From a virus (lineage: Duplodnaviria; Caudoviricetes), in the IMG/VR virus record IMGVR_UViG_3300032231_000006, positions 1-43,848 of that record: a stretch of 43,848 nt of DNA, one strand, 5' to 3'. A program made the position numbers and the translations under genes. Positions 18,221-27,104 of the stretch are shown in pieces (within the stretch, counting starts at the first letter, position 1; every line of letters starts with the position of its first letter). The notes under the pieces are model-generated. The model ran no database searches. It was not told where the DNA came from and was given only the letters and a program-made list of their open reading frames with translations.

Positions 18221-19306
18221 ATGAATAGACGATCCGCCCTTGCATCGCTGATAGGGGGAGCCGCCAGCGTCGCTTCAGCGAATCGATTATGCGGTGCGCC
18301 AAAGTGGGTTTTCAATCCGCACGTACACTACTACGGCGCGGAGCCGCCCATTGTGCGGCGAGCTGACCGAGCTCGGTTCTATCGCGAGTTCTCCGCGTTT
18401 CGAGGCGCAGCTAAAGCCTCAAAAACGAACGTATTCCTCCACCACAATCTGGCACGCGAGCTCGGCGAGATTGCGCCTCACGACCAGACCGGAATATTTG
18501 ATGAGTTCGGGAACCACACGGAAGTTGGTGAAGGCGACTGCTTAGCACATGCGGTTGCGTTAGGGGGCGACATCCTTGCCGCGACGAACATACACGAGCT
18601 CGGCAAACAGGAGAAGTGGCTCGGAAAAACGTCGGTAGAGATGGTGTATGCTGGGTCTCGAATCGAGATCGGCCAGCAATCAGACCCAAAGAAAGTCAAC
18701 AGGCTCGCGGGTCGAGCGGGGTCAAGAGGGGTTTGGGGGGCGAGGTTCGCGAATGAATTTGGATTCCTACATCGCCAGAAATATACACGGAACGGGCATA
18801 CGATTGACCTGACTGGTTACAGCCCCGACCGATCAAGGCTCTACAGAGACGCGGGGGTCCCTGATTGGTTAGAGCCAATCTGCCGTCAACACCCTGTGAA
18901 GTCGATATCTAACGTCCTGTCCGGAGAGGAAGCCCTCGACGCTATTTGTGCTAGGCAGGTGGTCGTACTTTGCTCAAGCTACGCTTTCCACGACACGCGA
19001 GACAGCTTAGGTTTTAGCGATCCGTATCTCGGTGGGCGATGGGGCGGAGGCGGTCGCAAGGAATGGCGCCACGCAATGCTGCTGTCCGGGGCCGTGTTGG
19101 CTGAGACCCGTAGGGGAGGTGTCGTTCACAATTCCCACGGTGTGTGGAACGAAGGACCGCGTCCGTTCGGCCTACCTGAAGGGGCTTTTTGCGTCGACGA
19201 TTACGTGCTCGATTTGATGGTAAAAGACTGGTACGATTGCTACGCGTTGTCACTATACACCGGCGCGAATGCTAAGCGTATTCGCCACAAACTGTATCGA
19301 AGGTAA
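18221..19306 (+). CDS. Papain-like (C1 / clan CA) cysteine peptidase with twin-arginine signal
   Basis: MNRRSAL..ASA signal; Q (HDQ), C (GDCLAHA), H (WRHAM), N (HNSHG.W). Confidence 0.8.
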   Translation: MNRRSALASLIGGAASVASANRLCGAPKWVFNPHVHYYGAEPPIVRRADRARFYREFSAFRGAAKASKTNVFLHHNLARELGEIAPHDQTGIFDEFGNHTEVGEGDCLAHAVALGGDILAATNIHELGKQEKWLGKTSVEMVYAGSRIEIGQQSDPKKVNRLAGRAGSRGVWGARFANEFGFLHRQKYTRNGHTIDLTGYSPDRSRLYRDAGVPDWLEPICRQHPVKSISNVLSGEEALDAICARQVVVLCSSYAFHDTRDSLGFSDPYLGGRWGGGGRKEWRHAMLLSGAVLAETRRGGVVHNSHGVWNEGPRPFGLPEGAFCVDDYVLDLMVKDWYDCYALSLYTGANAKRIRHKLYRR

Positions 19307-19311
19307 ACGAA

Positions 19312-19845
19312 ATGCTGCGATGGAAATTCAAAGATGTTCCGATAATGCTGTGGCTCACTTTGACCCTTGCCGCGTTCGCCGCTTTTACGACGTCGGTTCG
19401 AGGGGCTGACCTGTATGTACAACCGCACAAAGACAGACAGGAAAAAGAGAAACCCCATTCGGATTACCCCTCTCTCCTTCTCGAAGGGCGGGACGAGGGT
19501 GTCATCCTAATCATCGGGTTCGAGGGGTGCGTCCATTGTAAAACCCTCATCGGCGAGATCCCGAAAGACTACCGGGTTTTTTACGTACAGTATAACGAAG
19601 CCGACGAGCTCAATGAGTCCGAGGACCCGCCGAAGTGGGACGAGTTGAGGGTGGAAGCAAAGCTCGATGCGATGTACCCTGCGTGCCTGATCATGGTTAA
19701 AGGCGAAATATCACACTCATTCACCGGGTCGCTCGATTGGGTAAAGTTCCGCGATCACGCGAAGCCCGCAAAGCTCAAAAAGAAAGAGCGTAAACAGATC
19801 CGGAGAAGTTGGATCGACTATTTCAGAGGTGGGTCAACATCTTAG
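19312..19845 (+). CDS. Exported thioredoxin-fold protein (CVHC)
   Basis: N-terminal hydrophobic signal; ILIIGFEGCVHCKTL; YP cis-Pro loop followed by a beta-hairpin and FTG. Confidence 0.75.
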   Translation: MLRWKFKDVPIMLWLTLTLAAFAAFTTSVRGADLYVQPHKDRQEKEKPHSDYPSLLLEGRDEGVILIIGFEGCVHCKTLIGEIPKDYRVFYVQYNEADELNESEDPPKWDELRVEAKLDAMYPACLIMVKGEISHSFTGSLDWVKFRDHAKPAKLKKKERKQIRRSWIDYFRGGSTS

Positions 19846-19850
19846 GGAAA

Positions 19851-21542
19851 ATGCTACACCTGACCGGTGAGGCGATGCTGAACCGAAATTATGACGTATG
19901 CAGCCGATGGGCCCCCGCCCGTCGCGTGATGCAAGACGGCTGTAAGTACTCGATTCCGGACTACCCCTACATCGAAGGGATTCTCGATTCTCGCGCAAAA
20001 AATAACTGGATTATGAAAGGGACGCAAGTCGGTCTCACCGAGGGCGGGATAACGATTGCAACCTTCGAGGCGGATTACCACCACCGCGACGTCATATACT
20101 ATTTCCCAACTAAAAAAATGGCGGAGCGGTTTTCGAAAACACGTTTCTCACCTGCTATCAATCTATCTGAGTACCTAGCAGGGCGGTGCACCAACAACAG
20201 CGTCGAGACTAAGCAATTCGGAAACGCAACGATTCACATTCTCGGTGCTAATTCTTCCGCGGACCTAAAAGGTACGTCGTCCGGTCGGCTCATTTTTGAC
20301 GAGCTCGACGAATGGACCGACCAGCAAATCTACATGGCCGAGGAACGGTCAAGCGGCCAAAAAAACGACGACACAATCATTTGGGGGTTCTCCACGCCGC
20401 TCTACCCGAATAAAGGTATCCACAAACAATATCTGAGATCGACACAAGAACACTTCCGATTCGACTGCCCCAGCTGCAGAGAGCGTATAGAGTTAAGGTG
20501 GCCTGACAGCTTCGAGCTATGTGGGGAACACGAGAGCGACCCCGAACTGAAAAACTCACGGATAATCTGCTATGCGTGTGGAGCGGAGCTTCCGCACGAA
20601 GAGAAGGTACAAGGGCGCAGCTGGCTCGCGACTAGGTCGCAAGGCGGAACGGCCGCGTGGGAGCAGACGAACGGCGGACCAGAGTTGATGAAGCTGAACC
20701 GGGGTTTCTATCTCCCTCAGCTGTATTCGCCAACGGTGGCTCCTTATAAAATCTCACTCAAATTTCTACGGAGCCGAGGGGACGAGGCGGCGAGTAGGAC
20801 TTTCTGGAACGACTGCGCCGGGCTCCCTTACATCACCGACCAGTTCCAGGTGACCGACGCCGACATCGACAAAGCGATCCAAAAGCACGGCCTGTACTCC
20901 ACGAACGACGTCGGACCTTTTGACGTCGATAACTCTTACGTAACGTTAGGAATCGATCAAGGCGGACCCCTACACCATTGGGTTGCTGTCAACTGGGTTT
21001 TCGACGCTGCGAAGCCGGGGGACCCGAACGACAAAGCGTTCGGGAAGCTGGTAGGGTTCGGACAAATACTGCAGGACAATTGGGGGGAATTGGCGGAGTT
21101 GATGCATATCTACTGCGTCCGCATGTGTGTGATTGACGCGGCCCCTCAACCGACGTCTGCCCGGTCGTTCGCGAAGGGATTCGCCGGGGCGGTTTACGCC
21201 AACTACTATAACACGACGCTGTCAACCGGTGGTCGAGACATCCGACTCATCAATGACGAGTACGGCGCGAACGTTTCAAAGACGGACAACGTCGGGTGGA
21301 TGACGAAATCACTCGGCCGGATCATCAATGGGGCGATCAGCTTCCCTACAGATGTTACTATGGAGCTCCGCGATCAGCTGAAGGCGCCCGTCCGCACCAT
21401 GCAAAAAATTCAAGGTCACTACTTCGCCAAATACTTAGATGGCGACTCGGATCACTACGCCCATGCACTTACTTACGCTGAAATTGCGCTGAAAATTCAG
21501 GACCCTGATTTACATACTGACGACGACGAAATACGAGAGTAA
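19851..21542 (+). CDS. Terminase large subunit, lambda GpA family
   Basis: MKGTQVGLTE, LIFDELD, FSTP, CPSC..CYAC, LGIDQG, DHYAHA. Confidence 0.9.
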   Translation: MLHLTGEAMLNRNYDVCSRWAPARRVMQDGCKYSIPDYPYIEGILDSRAKNNWIMKGTQVGLTEGGITIATFEADYHHRDVIYYFPTKKMAERFSKTRFSPAINLSEYLAGRCTNNSVETKQFGNATIHILGANSSADLKGTSSGRLIFDELDEWTDQQIYMAEERSSGQKNDDTIIWGFSTPLYPNKGIHKQYLRSTQEHFRFDCPSCRERIELRWPDSFELCGEHESDPELKNSRIICYACGAELPHEEKVQGRSWLATRSQGGTAAWEQTNGGPELMKLNRGFYLPQLYSPTVAPYKISLKFLRSRGDEAASRTFWNDCAGLPYITDQFQVTDADIDKAIQKHGLYSTNDVGPFDVDNSYVTLGIDQGGPLHHWVAVNWVFDAAKPGDPNDKAFGKLVGFGQILQDNWGELAELMHIYCVRMCVIDAAPQPTSARSFAKGFAGAVYANYYNTTLSTGGRDIRLINDEYGANVSKTDNVGWMTKSLGRIINGAISFPTDVTMELRDQLKAPVRTMQKIQGHYFAKYLDGDSDHYAHALTYAEIALKIQDPDLHTDDDEIRE

Positions 21543-21547
21543 AAACC

Positions 21548-23266
21548 ATGTTTGGATTTATCGATACCTTCCTGCCTGTCCTCCGCAATTGTATTGCAGA
21601 ACAAACCGCAGGCGGCGACGCGTTTCTACAGACAGATTGGAAACTGTGGAGAGACTGTTACAAAGGTGGAACGGCTTTTCGAGATACATACCTCGAAAAG
21701 TTCGCGGGCAAAGAAGACCCGGCGGACTTCACCCGGCGTCTGAAGATGACACCGATCCCCGCCTACGCGAAGCGAGAAGTGAGGGGGATTGTCAACGCAA
21801 TAGCTCAGCGTCTACCCGACGTCATCCGGCGGGATGGCTCGAAAACCTGGCAGGAATCCGTTCGCGGAGTTGGCCGAGGCATCGACGCGAAAGGTGCTTC
21901 GATGAATAGTTTTTTAACGCGAAGGATGTTAGTAGACTTACTCGTGATGGGTTCGGTTGGGTGCATGGTAAACGCACCGAAGCTGCCGGACCTCGGCCGC
22001 CCACTCAGTAAGGCGGACATTCCGAAAGACTTCAGGCCTTACCTGACTCCGTACTCCGTAGAGGACACCCCGATCCTGATTGAAGCCGACTCGGATTCGC
22101 CATCCGATTGGAAGTATGTCCTTGTACGGTCTTTTGACCACGAATTTAATCTGTTAACAGGCCACACGGATTGCAAACCTTCGTGGCAATTTTTCTGGTT
22201 GGATGACGAGCGGGGGGGCCTCGTCAGCAAGCTCGAATTGGACCGGGAAGGGAGCCCGACAGGTGACCCGCAAGAGACTTTACTCGATGCCATCCCGTTC
22301 GTCAGCTATGACATTGGTGATTCGATCATCGCGGAAGCGTGCTCGTATCAGATCACGTACCTGAATATGATCTCAGCGGACTCGTCATACGCCATCGACG
22401 CGAACTACACCACGTTGGTCCGGCAGCGATCGAAGGGAGGCGCGGGGTCGCACCTGCGGGGTGGGAAAGGTGATGACACAGTCCGCGCGGGATCGCTGAA
22501 GGGTATATATTACACGGATAAGTCACCATCTTACATTGCGCCGCCGACTGGACCCATGAAGTTGTCGTTAGAGCTTCGCCGCGAGATGAAGAAAGAGATT
22601 CACGATCTCGTGATTGGGTCCGTCGCCGACATCGGCGAAGAGGGGACGATCGAGTCCGGGCTCGCGTCTATCGGGGCCGAGCTCGAATCTGGTGAGCAAC
22701 GGTGTTGGGATCATTACGTTAAATTCGAGAACCAGCCTCAATCGAATAAGCCTCCAACCGTCAACTATCCCGACACCTGGACCCTAAAGACGACGAAAGA
22801 GCGAATAGAAGATGCGTCGGCAATGGTGGCGTTGGGGTCCGTCATCGTTGGGCAGCTCGCGAAGAAACAAGCCGCGAAAGACGCCGTGGACATCCTCCAC
22901 CGAGGGTCGAAGTCTATACAGGACATTGACGCGATGAAGGCTGAAATTGACGAAGCCCCTTACGCAATCTCAGACCCAAAGACCGTCCTGCAAGCGGCGA
23001 GCTCGGGGGTGTGGAGTGTAGAGACCGCGGCCCGCGCAATCGGGGCGAACGAAGGCGAAGGCGAAAAAGCGTTAGAGGACGCCGCAAAACGGGCTCAAAT
23101 GGTCGTCGCCGCCCAGTCGGAAGTGAACTCCGCGACGAGGGGTAACGAAGACGGACAGGCGGGCGTCGGCAGTGAAAAACTCACTCGCGAGGGTGAGATC
23201 AACGGCGACGCGAGTCTGAAAAAACCAGCGGCTCCGGGCCGACCCGAAAACACCGACCAAAAATAG
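21548..23266 (+). CDS. Portal protein (DUF4055/SPP1-like)
   Basis: Follows TerL; W..WRDCYKGG..YL..E...F..RL pattern, IPFV. Confidence 0.85.
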   Translation: MFGFIDTFLPVLRNCIAEQTAGGDAFLQTDWKLWRDCYKGGTAFRDTYLEKFAGKEDPADFTRRLKMTPIPAYAKREVRGIVNAIAQRLPDVIRRDGSKTWQESVRGVGRGIDAKGASMNSFLTRRMLVDLLVMGSVGCMVNAPKLPDLGRPLSKADIPKDFRPYLTPYSVEDTPILIEADSDSPSDWKYVLVRSFDHEFNLLTGHTDCKPSWQFFWLDDERGGLVSKLELDREGSPTGDPQETLLDAIPFVSYDIGDSIIAEACSYQITYLNMISADSSYAIDANYTTLVRQRSKGGAGSHLRGGKGDDTVRAGSLKGIYYTDKSPSYIAPPTGPMKLSLELRREMKKEIHDLVIGSVADIGEEGTIESGLASIGAELESGEQRCWDHYVKFENQPQSNKPPTVNYPDTWTLKTTKERIEDASAMVALGSVIVGQLAKKQAAKDAVDILHRGSKSIQDIDAMKAEIDEAPYAISDPKTVLQAASSGVWSVETAARAIGANEGEGEKALEDAAKRAQMVVAAQSEVNSATRGNEDGQAGVGSEKLTREGEINGDASLKKPAAPGRPENTDQK

Positions 23267-23274
23267 GAAAGATA

Positions 23275-24168
23275 ATGGCGAATCGAACAGAATACTACCG
23301 ATCAATAGACGACGCGGATACTTATTTCGCGAATCGACTCTACTCTACGGATTGGGTAGGGGCATCCGACGCTGACAAGTTGATGGCAATGACACAAGCC
23401 GCTAGGTCCCTAGACTCGCTGCGGTTCACGGGTTACAAGAAGCCAGTATATGACGCACTGGTCGCGGACGCACTGGCGACGGTAGCGACGCTTGAATCTG
23501 CAGACGCAACCCAACCCAAGCAGTGGCCGAGAGATTCGGACGAAGCCACGTACGATGCCCCTTCGACTGTCCAGACCTTGGCGGCATACGATACTAACCC
23601 CTCCGCGGGTAATGTGACCGTGAAGCTAACAACTCAAGACGGCTCCGAGTACACGACAGCGGCGATAGCGTTTGACGCCGTCGCCGCATCGATACAAACA
23701 GCCATTGACACCGCGATGGCCTCTCTGTCGGGATACACTGCAGGTGACATCGCGGTCACAGGTGGGCCGCTTACCACGGACGCGGTCGTCCTCACGTTCT
23801 CCGGGTCCTCTGTGAGTGGAGAAGGTCACGGGGTTCGTCCGGTTGTGACCCCCGACGCGACGTTTCTTATCGACGGGGTGCTAGCGAGTGTTCCGGCAAC
23901 CACTAACGTTGCCGGTGAGTGTCCGGACCGGGTATTTTATGCGCAATGCGAGGAAGCTATCAGTTTGCTGAGCGGGAAGTTACCTGATCAAGAGTTCGAG
24001 AATTTGCAGCTCACATCGGACGGAGCTGCCTCCACCCGTGCGTCGCTCGATCGGAACCGAATGCCTCCGAAACACACGTCGCATTTTTTCACGTCCGCGA
24101 CGGCGTGGAAGTATCTGCAAGCGTTCCTAGATGACGATAATGCGATTTTTCACATCCTTAGGGGTTAA
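23275..24168 (+). CDS. Head-tail adaptor (DnaT-like family) with an inserted accessory domain
   Basis: Y.SIDDADTYF..W..A.RSLD..F.G.K..Q..WPR and P..V..AQCE.A motifs flank a ~115-aa insert. Confidence 0.75.
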   Translation: MANRTEYYRSIDDADTYFANRLYSTDWVGASDADKLMAMTQAARSLDSLRFTGYKKPVYDALVADALATVATLESADATQPKQWPRDSDEATYDAPSTVQTLAAYDTNPSAGNVTVKLTTQDGSEYTTAAIAFDAVAASIQTAIDTAMASLSGYTAGDIAVTGGPLTTDAVVLTFSGSSVSGEGHGVRPVVTPDATFLIDGVLASVPATTNVAGECPDRVFYAQCEEAISLLSGKLPDQEFENLQLTSDGAASTRASLDRNRMPPKHTSHFFTSATAWKYLQAFLDDDNAIFHILRG

Positions 24169-24314
24169 GGTGAAAAGTCTAGTGCCAAATTCGCCAATCT
24201 CGCGTTTTAACTATTGCGTGGGGGCTGTCTTTGCCTCCCGGTGGGTGCGATAGCTAACGCTAGGGCGGTTGTCAGTTTCACCCGTGAGTTTATGGAGCCC
24301 GGTGTGAGACCTAA

Positions 24315-25118
24315 ATGTCAGACTTGCCAAACCAGGAAGCGTCCCCAACACCTCCTCTCGGTGAACCCTCAGTTGCGCCAACGAAGCCAGCGACGATAAC
24401 TTCTCTCGACGACTTGCCGCGAGACGTCCGGAACCAGCTTGAGGCGGAACACAAAAGGGGGCTACAGAATCAAATCCAAGAATTGACAAAGAGAGCAGAG
24501 CAAACGGACATCCTCCGAAATCAGGTCAACGAATTGATGGCAGGTCTCGGTGACGACGTAGAGGTCGGCGACGTGGCCGACAACGTCAAACAAACGCTAG
24601 CCGACATGCAATCCGACCGAGAGCGTTTAGAGGCCGCGAACAAAACCGCGTCTGAAAAACTGCAAACGGCGGAAGCCCTTGCGACCAGCAATAGACAACT
24701 GTTTGACACAGCAAAGCAGGACCACGAATTCGCTATCCACGCAGGCCCGAAAGCTGTTTCACCGGAAGCGGCAAACCTTATTTCGATGGTTCTTAGGCCG
24801 CTCTCGACTACGCACGACGATGGAAGCGTGACGGTGAAAATGGACGTCGAGGACGAAAATGGTCACGTAACGAAAGACCAAGAAATCTCGGTTGAAGATG
24901 CTGTGAAAATCATGGAAGGGAACGTTGAGGCGTACGGGACCCTCTTCAAAGCGACACAACGGGGCGGAACGGGTGGTCAATCAAGTGGCGGGGGACGAGC
25001 CCCGTCGGGAGACCTTGACTTTTCCAAGATGTTAAAAGACCCGACACAATTTTTCAAAGCGATGCATCAAAATCCAGCGCTGGTTGAGCAGTCGGCCGAC
25101 GCACTCCTTCGCAGCTAA
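24315..25118 (+). CDS. Capsid scaffolding protein
   Basis: Coiled coil, LFK..GGTGG tail, directly upstream of the coat gene. Confidence 0.8.
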   Translation: MSDLPNQEASPTPPLGEPSVAPTKPATITSLDDLPRDVRNQLEAEHKRGLQNQIQELTKRAEQTDILRNQVNELMAGLGDDVEVGDVADNVKQTLADMQSDRERLEAANKTASEKLQTAEALATSNRQLFDTAKQDHEFAIHAGPKAVSPEAANLISMVLRPLSTTHDDGSVTVKMDVEDENGHVTKDQEISVEDAVKIMEGNVEAYGTLFKATQRGGTGGQSSGGGRAPSGDLDFSKMLKDPTQFFKAMHQNPALVEQSADALLRS

Positions 25119-25164
25119 TAGAGTTCGCGCGGGCAGATACCTCTAAACGAAAGCAGTACATAAA

Positions 25165-26547
25165 GTGGCAAATGACAACTCCGCGGCCTTACCACAATTC
25201 TGGGTTCTTGTCGGTCTCCGAATCCTTATGGAAGAGACCCCCGCATTGATGGCCGTCAACCGTCAATTCGCGCCGAATTTCGCGCGAGCGGGGAATCAAG
25301 TCAACGCGTGGCGAGCCGCGAAGCGCAGTATTCGCCGCAAGACAGGCACCGACAGCTACGTAGCGGCTGATGCCGACCTCGTTGCGGTTCCTGTTGTCCT
25401 CGACCAGTATTTCTATGATTCGTTCGTCATTCGCGACGAAGAGCAAGCTCTGTCGACTGCAGAACTAACTCGAACGCACGCACGCCCCGCGATGATGACG
25501 ATCGCCAGCGGTATCAATCGCGCCATCCTCGGCCGAGTACATGCGTTCCTGCAGCAAGGGTCGCCAGAAAAACGAGCGGGACGCCTCGGGGCTCTCACAA
25601 CCTCAAACGCTTCCGCATTCATTCTCGAAGCTGAGGAGGTCCTGTTCGACAATTTGGCCCCAGCGGATGGCATTCGTACAGCCATCGTCCACCACACGGC
25701 TCAAACGAAGTTGATGGAAAACTCGGAGTTTATGAAGGCGAACGAGCGGGGCCAAGATCAGGCAACGTTACGGACTGGCGTCGTCGGGACGGTGTACAAC
25801 ACGTCGGTAATTATGTCGCAAGACGTGAACTACGTGCGAGCAGCGAACGCCGACACTCAATCGGCGGCGGTCAACAACTCCGGCGGATATGCCGCTGGTT
25901 CTGTTGCGGCTATGACCGTCACCGATCCCGGGACCAACTACCAAGTTGGTGAGTACGTCAACATTGCGGGCAACGACCAGCCAACCTACTTGACGGCCAC
26001 GACGGGTACGACTTCGATCACGCTGAACGAAGCTCTGAAATATGCGGTCGTTGACACGGCGGTGATCACGCACTACTTGGCCTGCACAAACGAGGCAACT
26101 GAGCGGGCTGCGGGCTACCAGAAAGAAATGGTATTCACCCACACGAGTGGCAAGCAACTGCAAGTCGGTCAGATCATAAGTTTCGGAACAACGTCAAGGC
26201 ATTCGTACACGATCATTGAACGCTCGGCGACCACGGCGACTACGTCGACGGTGCTGCTTGACCGACCTTTGGAGGCGACTGTCGCTTCCGGAGCGACGGC
26301 GTTCCCCGGACCTTCAGGCTCGATGAACCCGGTGTTCCACCGCGACGCCATCGCGTTTGTGAGCCGCCCGATGGAGGATGTATCGGCGGGTGGAACCGCT
26401 ATTTCAGCGGTTGTAAACTTCGAGGGTATCGGCCTGCGGATCGTCCGACAGTACGACTCGTCTTTGGGTGGGTGGCGTTTCAACGTCGATCTACTTGCGG
26501 GCGTAAGCGTCTTAGACGTCGATCTGCTTTGCGTCTTGCTTGCGTAA
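25165..26547 (+). CDS. Major capsid protein, P22 coat-like
   Basis: VNR.F..G..V, LDQ..SF...D.E, PAM..IA..IN, FHRDAIAFVSRP, D.L.GV..LD. Confidence 0.88.
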   Translation: MANDNSAALPQFWVLVGLRILMEETPALMAVNRQFAPNFARAGNQVNAWRAAKRSIRRKTGTDSYVAADADLVAVPVVLDQYFYDSFVIRDEEQALSTAELTRTHARPAMMTIASGINRAILGRVHAFLQQGSPEKRAGRLGALTTSNASAFILEAEEVLFDNLAPADGIRTAIVHHTAQTKLMENSEFMKANERGQDQATLRTGVVGTVYNTSVIMSQDVNYVRAANADTQSAAVNNSGGYAAGSVAAMTVTDPGTNYQVGEYVNIAGNDQPTYLTATTGTTSITLNEALKYAVVDTAVITHYLACTNEATERAAGYQKEMVFTHTSGKQLQVGQIISFGTTSRHSYTIIERSATTATTSTVLLDRPLEATVASGATAFPGPSGSMNPVFHRDAIAFVSRPMEDVSAGGTAISAVVNFEGIGLRIVRQYDSSLGGWRFNVDLLAGVSVLDVDLLCVLLA

Positions 26548-26567
26548 GACGCCGACTTGTGAAACCC

Positions 26568-26605
26568 AAACCCGCGACGTCTTAACAGACCGAGCGGGTT
26601 TTTTA
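26568..26605 (+). terminator. Intrinsic terminator after the capsid gene
   Basis: AAACCCGC..GCGGGTTT stem with inner GTCT/AGAC pairing and a T-run. Confidence 0.75.
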
Positions 26606-26627
26606 TGCCCCTTGTTTTTTAAGGTTA

Positions 26628-27092
26628 ATGATGGCGAACATGTATTGGCAGCGGTGGACCTATGCGAGCTTCGCTGTGTCCATCCTTGCTGACATGGACG
26701 CTGCGTCGATTGCAACCGTCGTTGAAGGGTTAAACCCGAAGCGAACAGCGGCGTGGGAGTCAGCATCGACGCGGGTGGAGTTCACCATTTCGGGCCCGGA
26801 CATCCAGAAACAATCGCCAACCCGCCATAAGGTGGACGTTAGTGTTTTTGCTGTGATCTCATCCGACATTTCAAACAACAACTACGCCCACTTAGACGCA
26901 GTCGGCGAAGTTACTGCAGCTCTGGACAAGTGTTTCCTGGTAAAAGATTACGGAGCGACCGGGTTAATCGACATCGGGAACCTGTCTCTGACGGACGCGA
27001 GCGACGGCGTTAGGGTTACTCACCTCAAACCTTCGGCGGCAGATACCAAACTACATTCAACGGTCGCCGCTAGTTACGACGGCAAATTTTAG
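26628..27092 (+). CDS. Probable tail terminator protein
   Basis: About 150 aa, alpha/beta, directly upstream of the tail tube. Confidence 0.55.
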   Translation: MMANMYWQRWTYASFAVSILADMDAASIATVVEGLNPKRTAAWESASTRVEFTISGPDIQKQSPTRHKVDVSVFAVISSDISNNNYAHLDAVGEVTAALDKCFLVKDYGATGLIDIGNLSLTDASDGVRVTHLKPSAADTKLHSTVAASYDGKF

Positions 27093-27104
27093 AAAGAAAA
27101 AACA

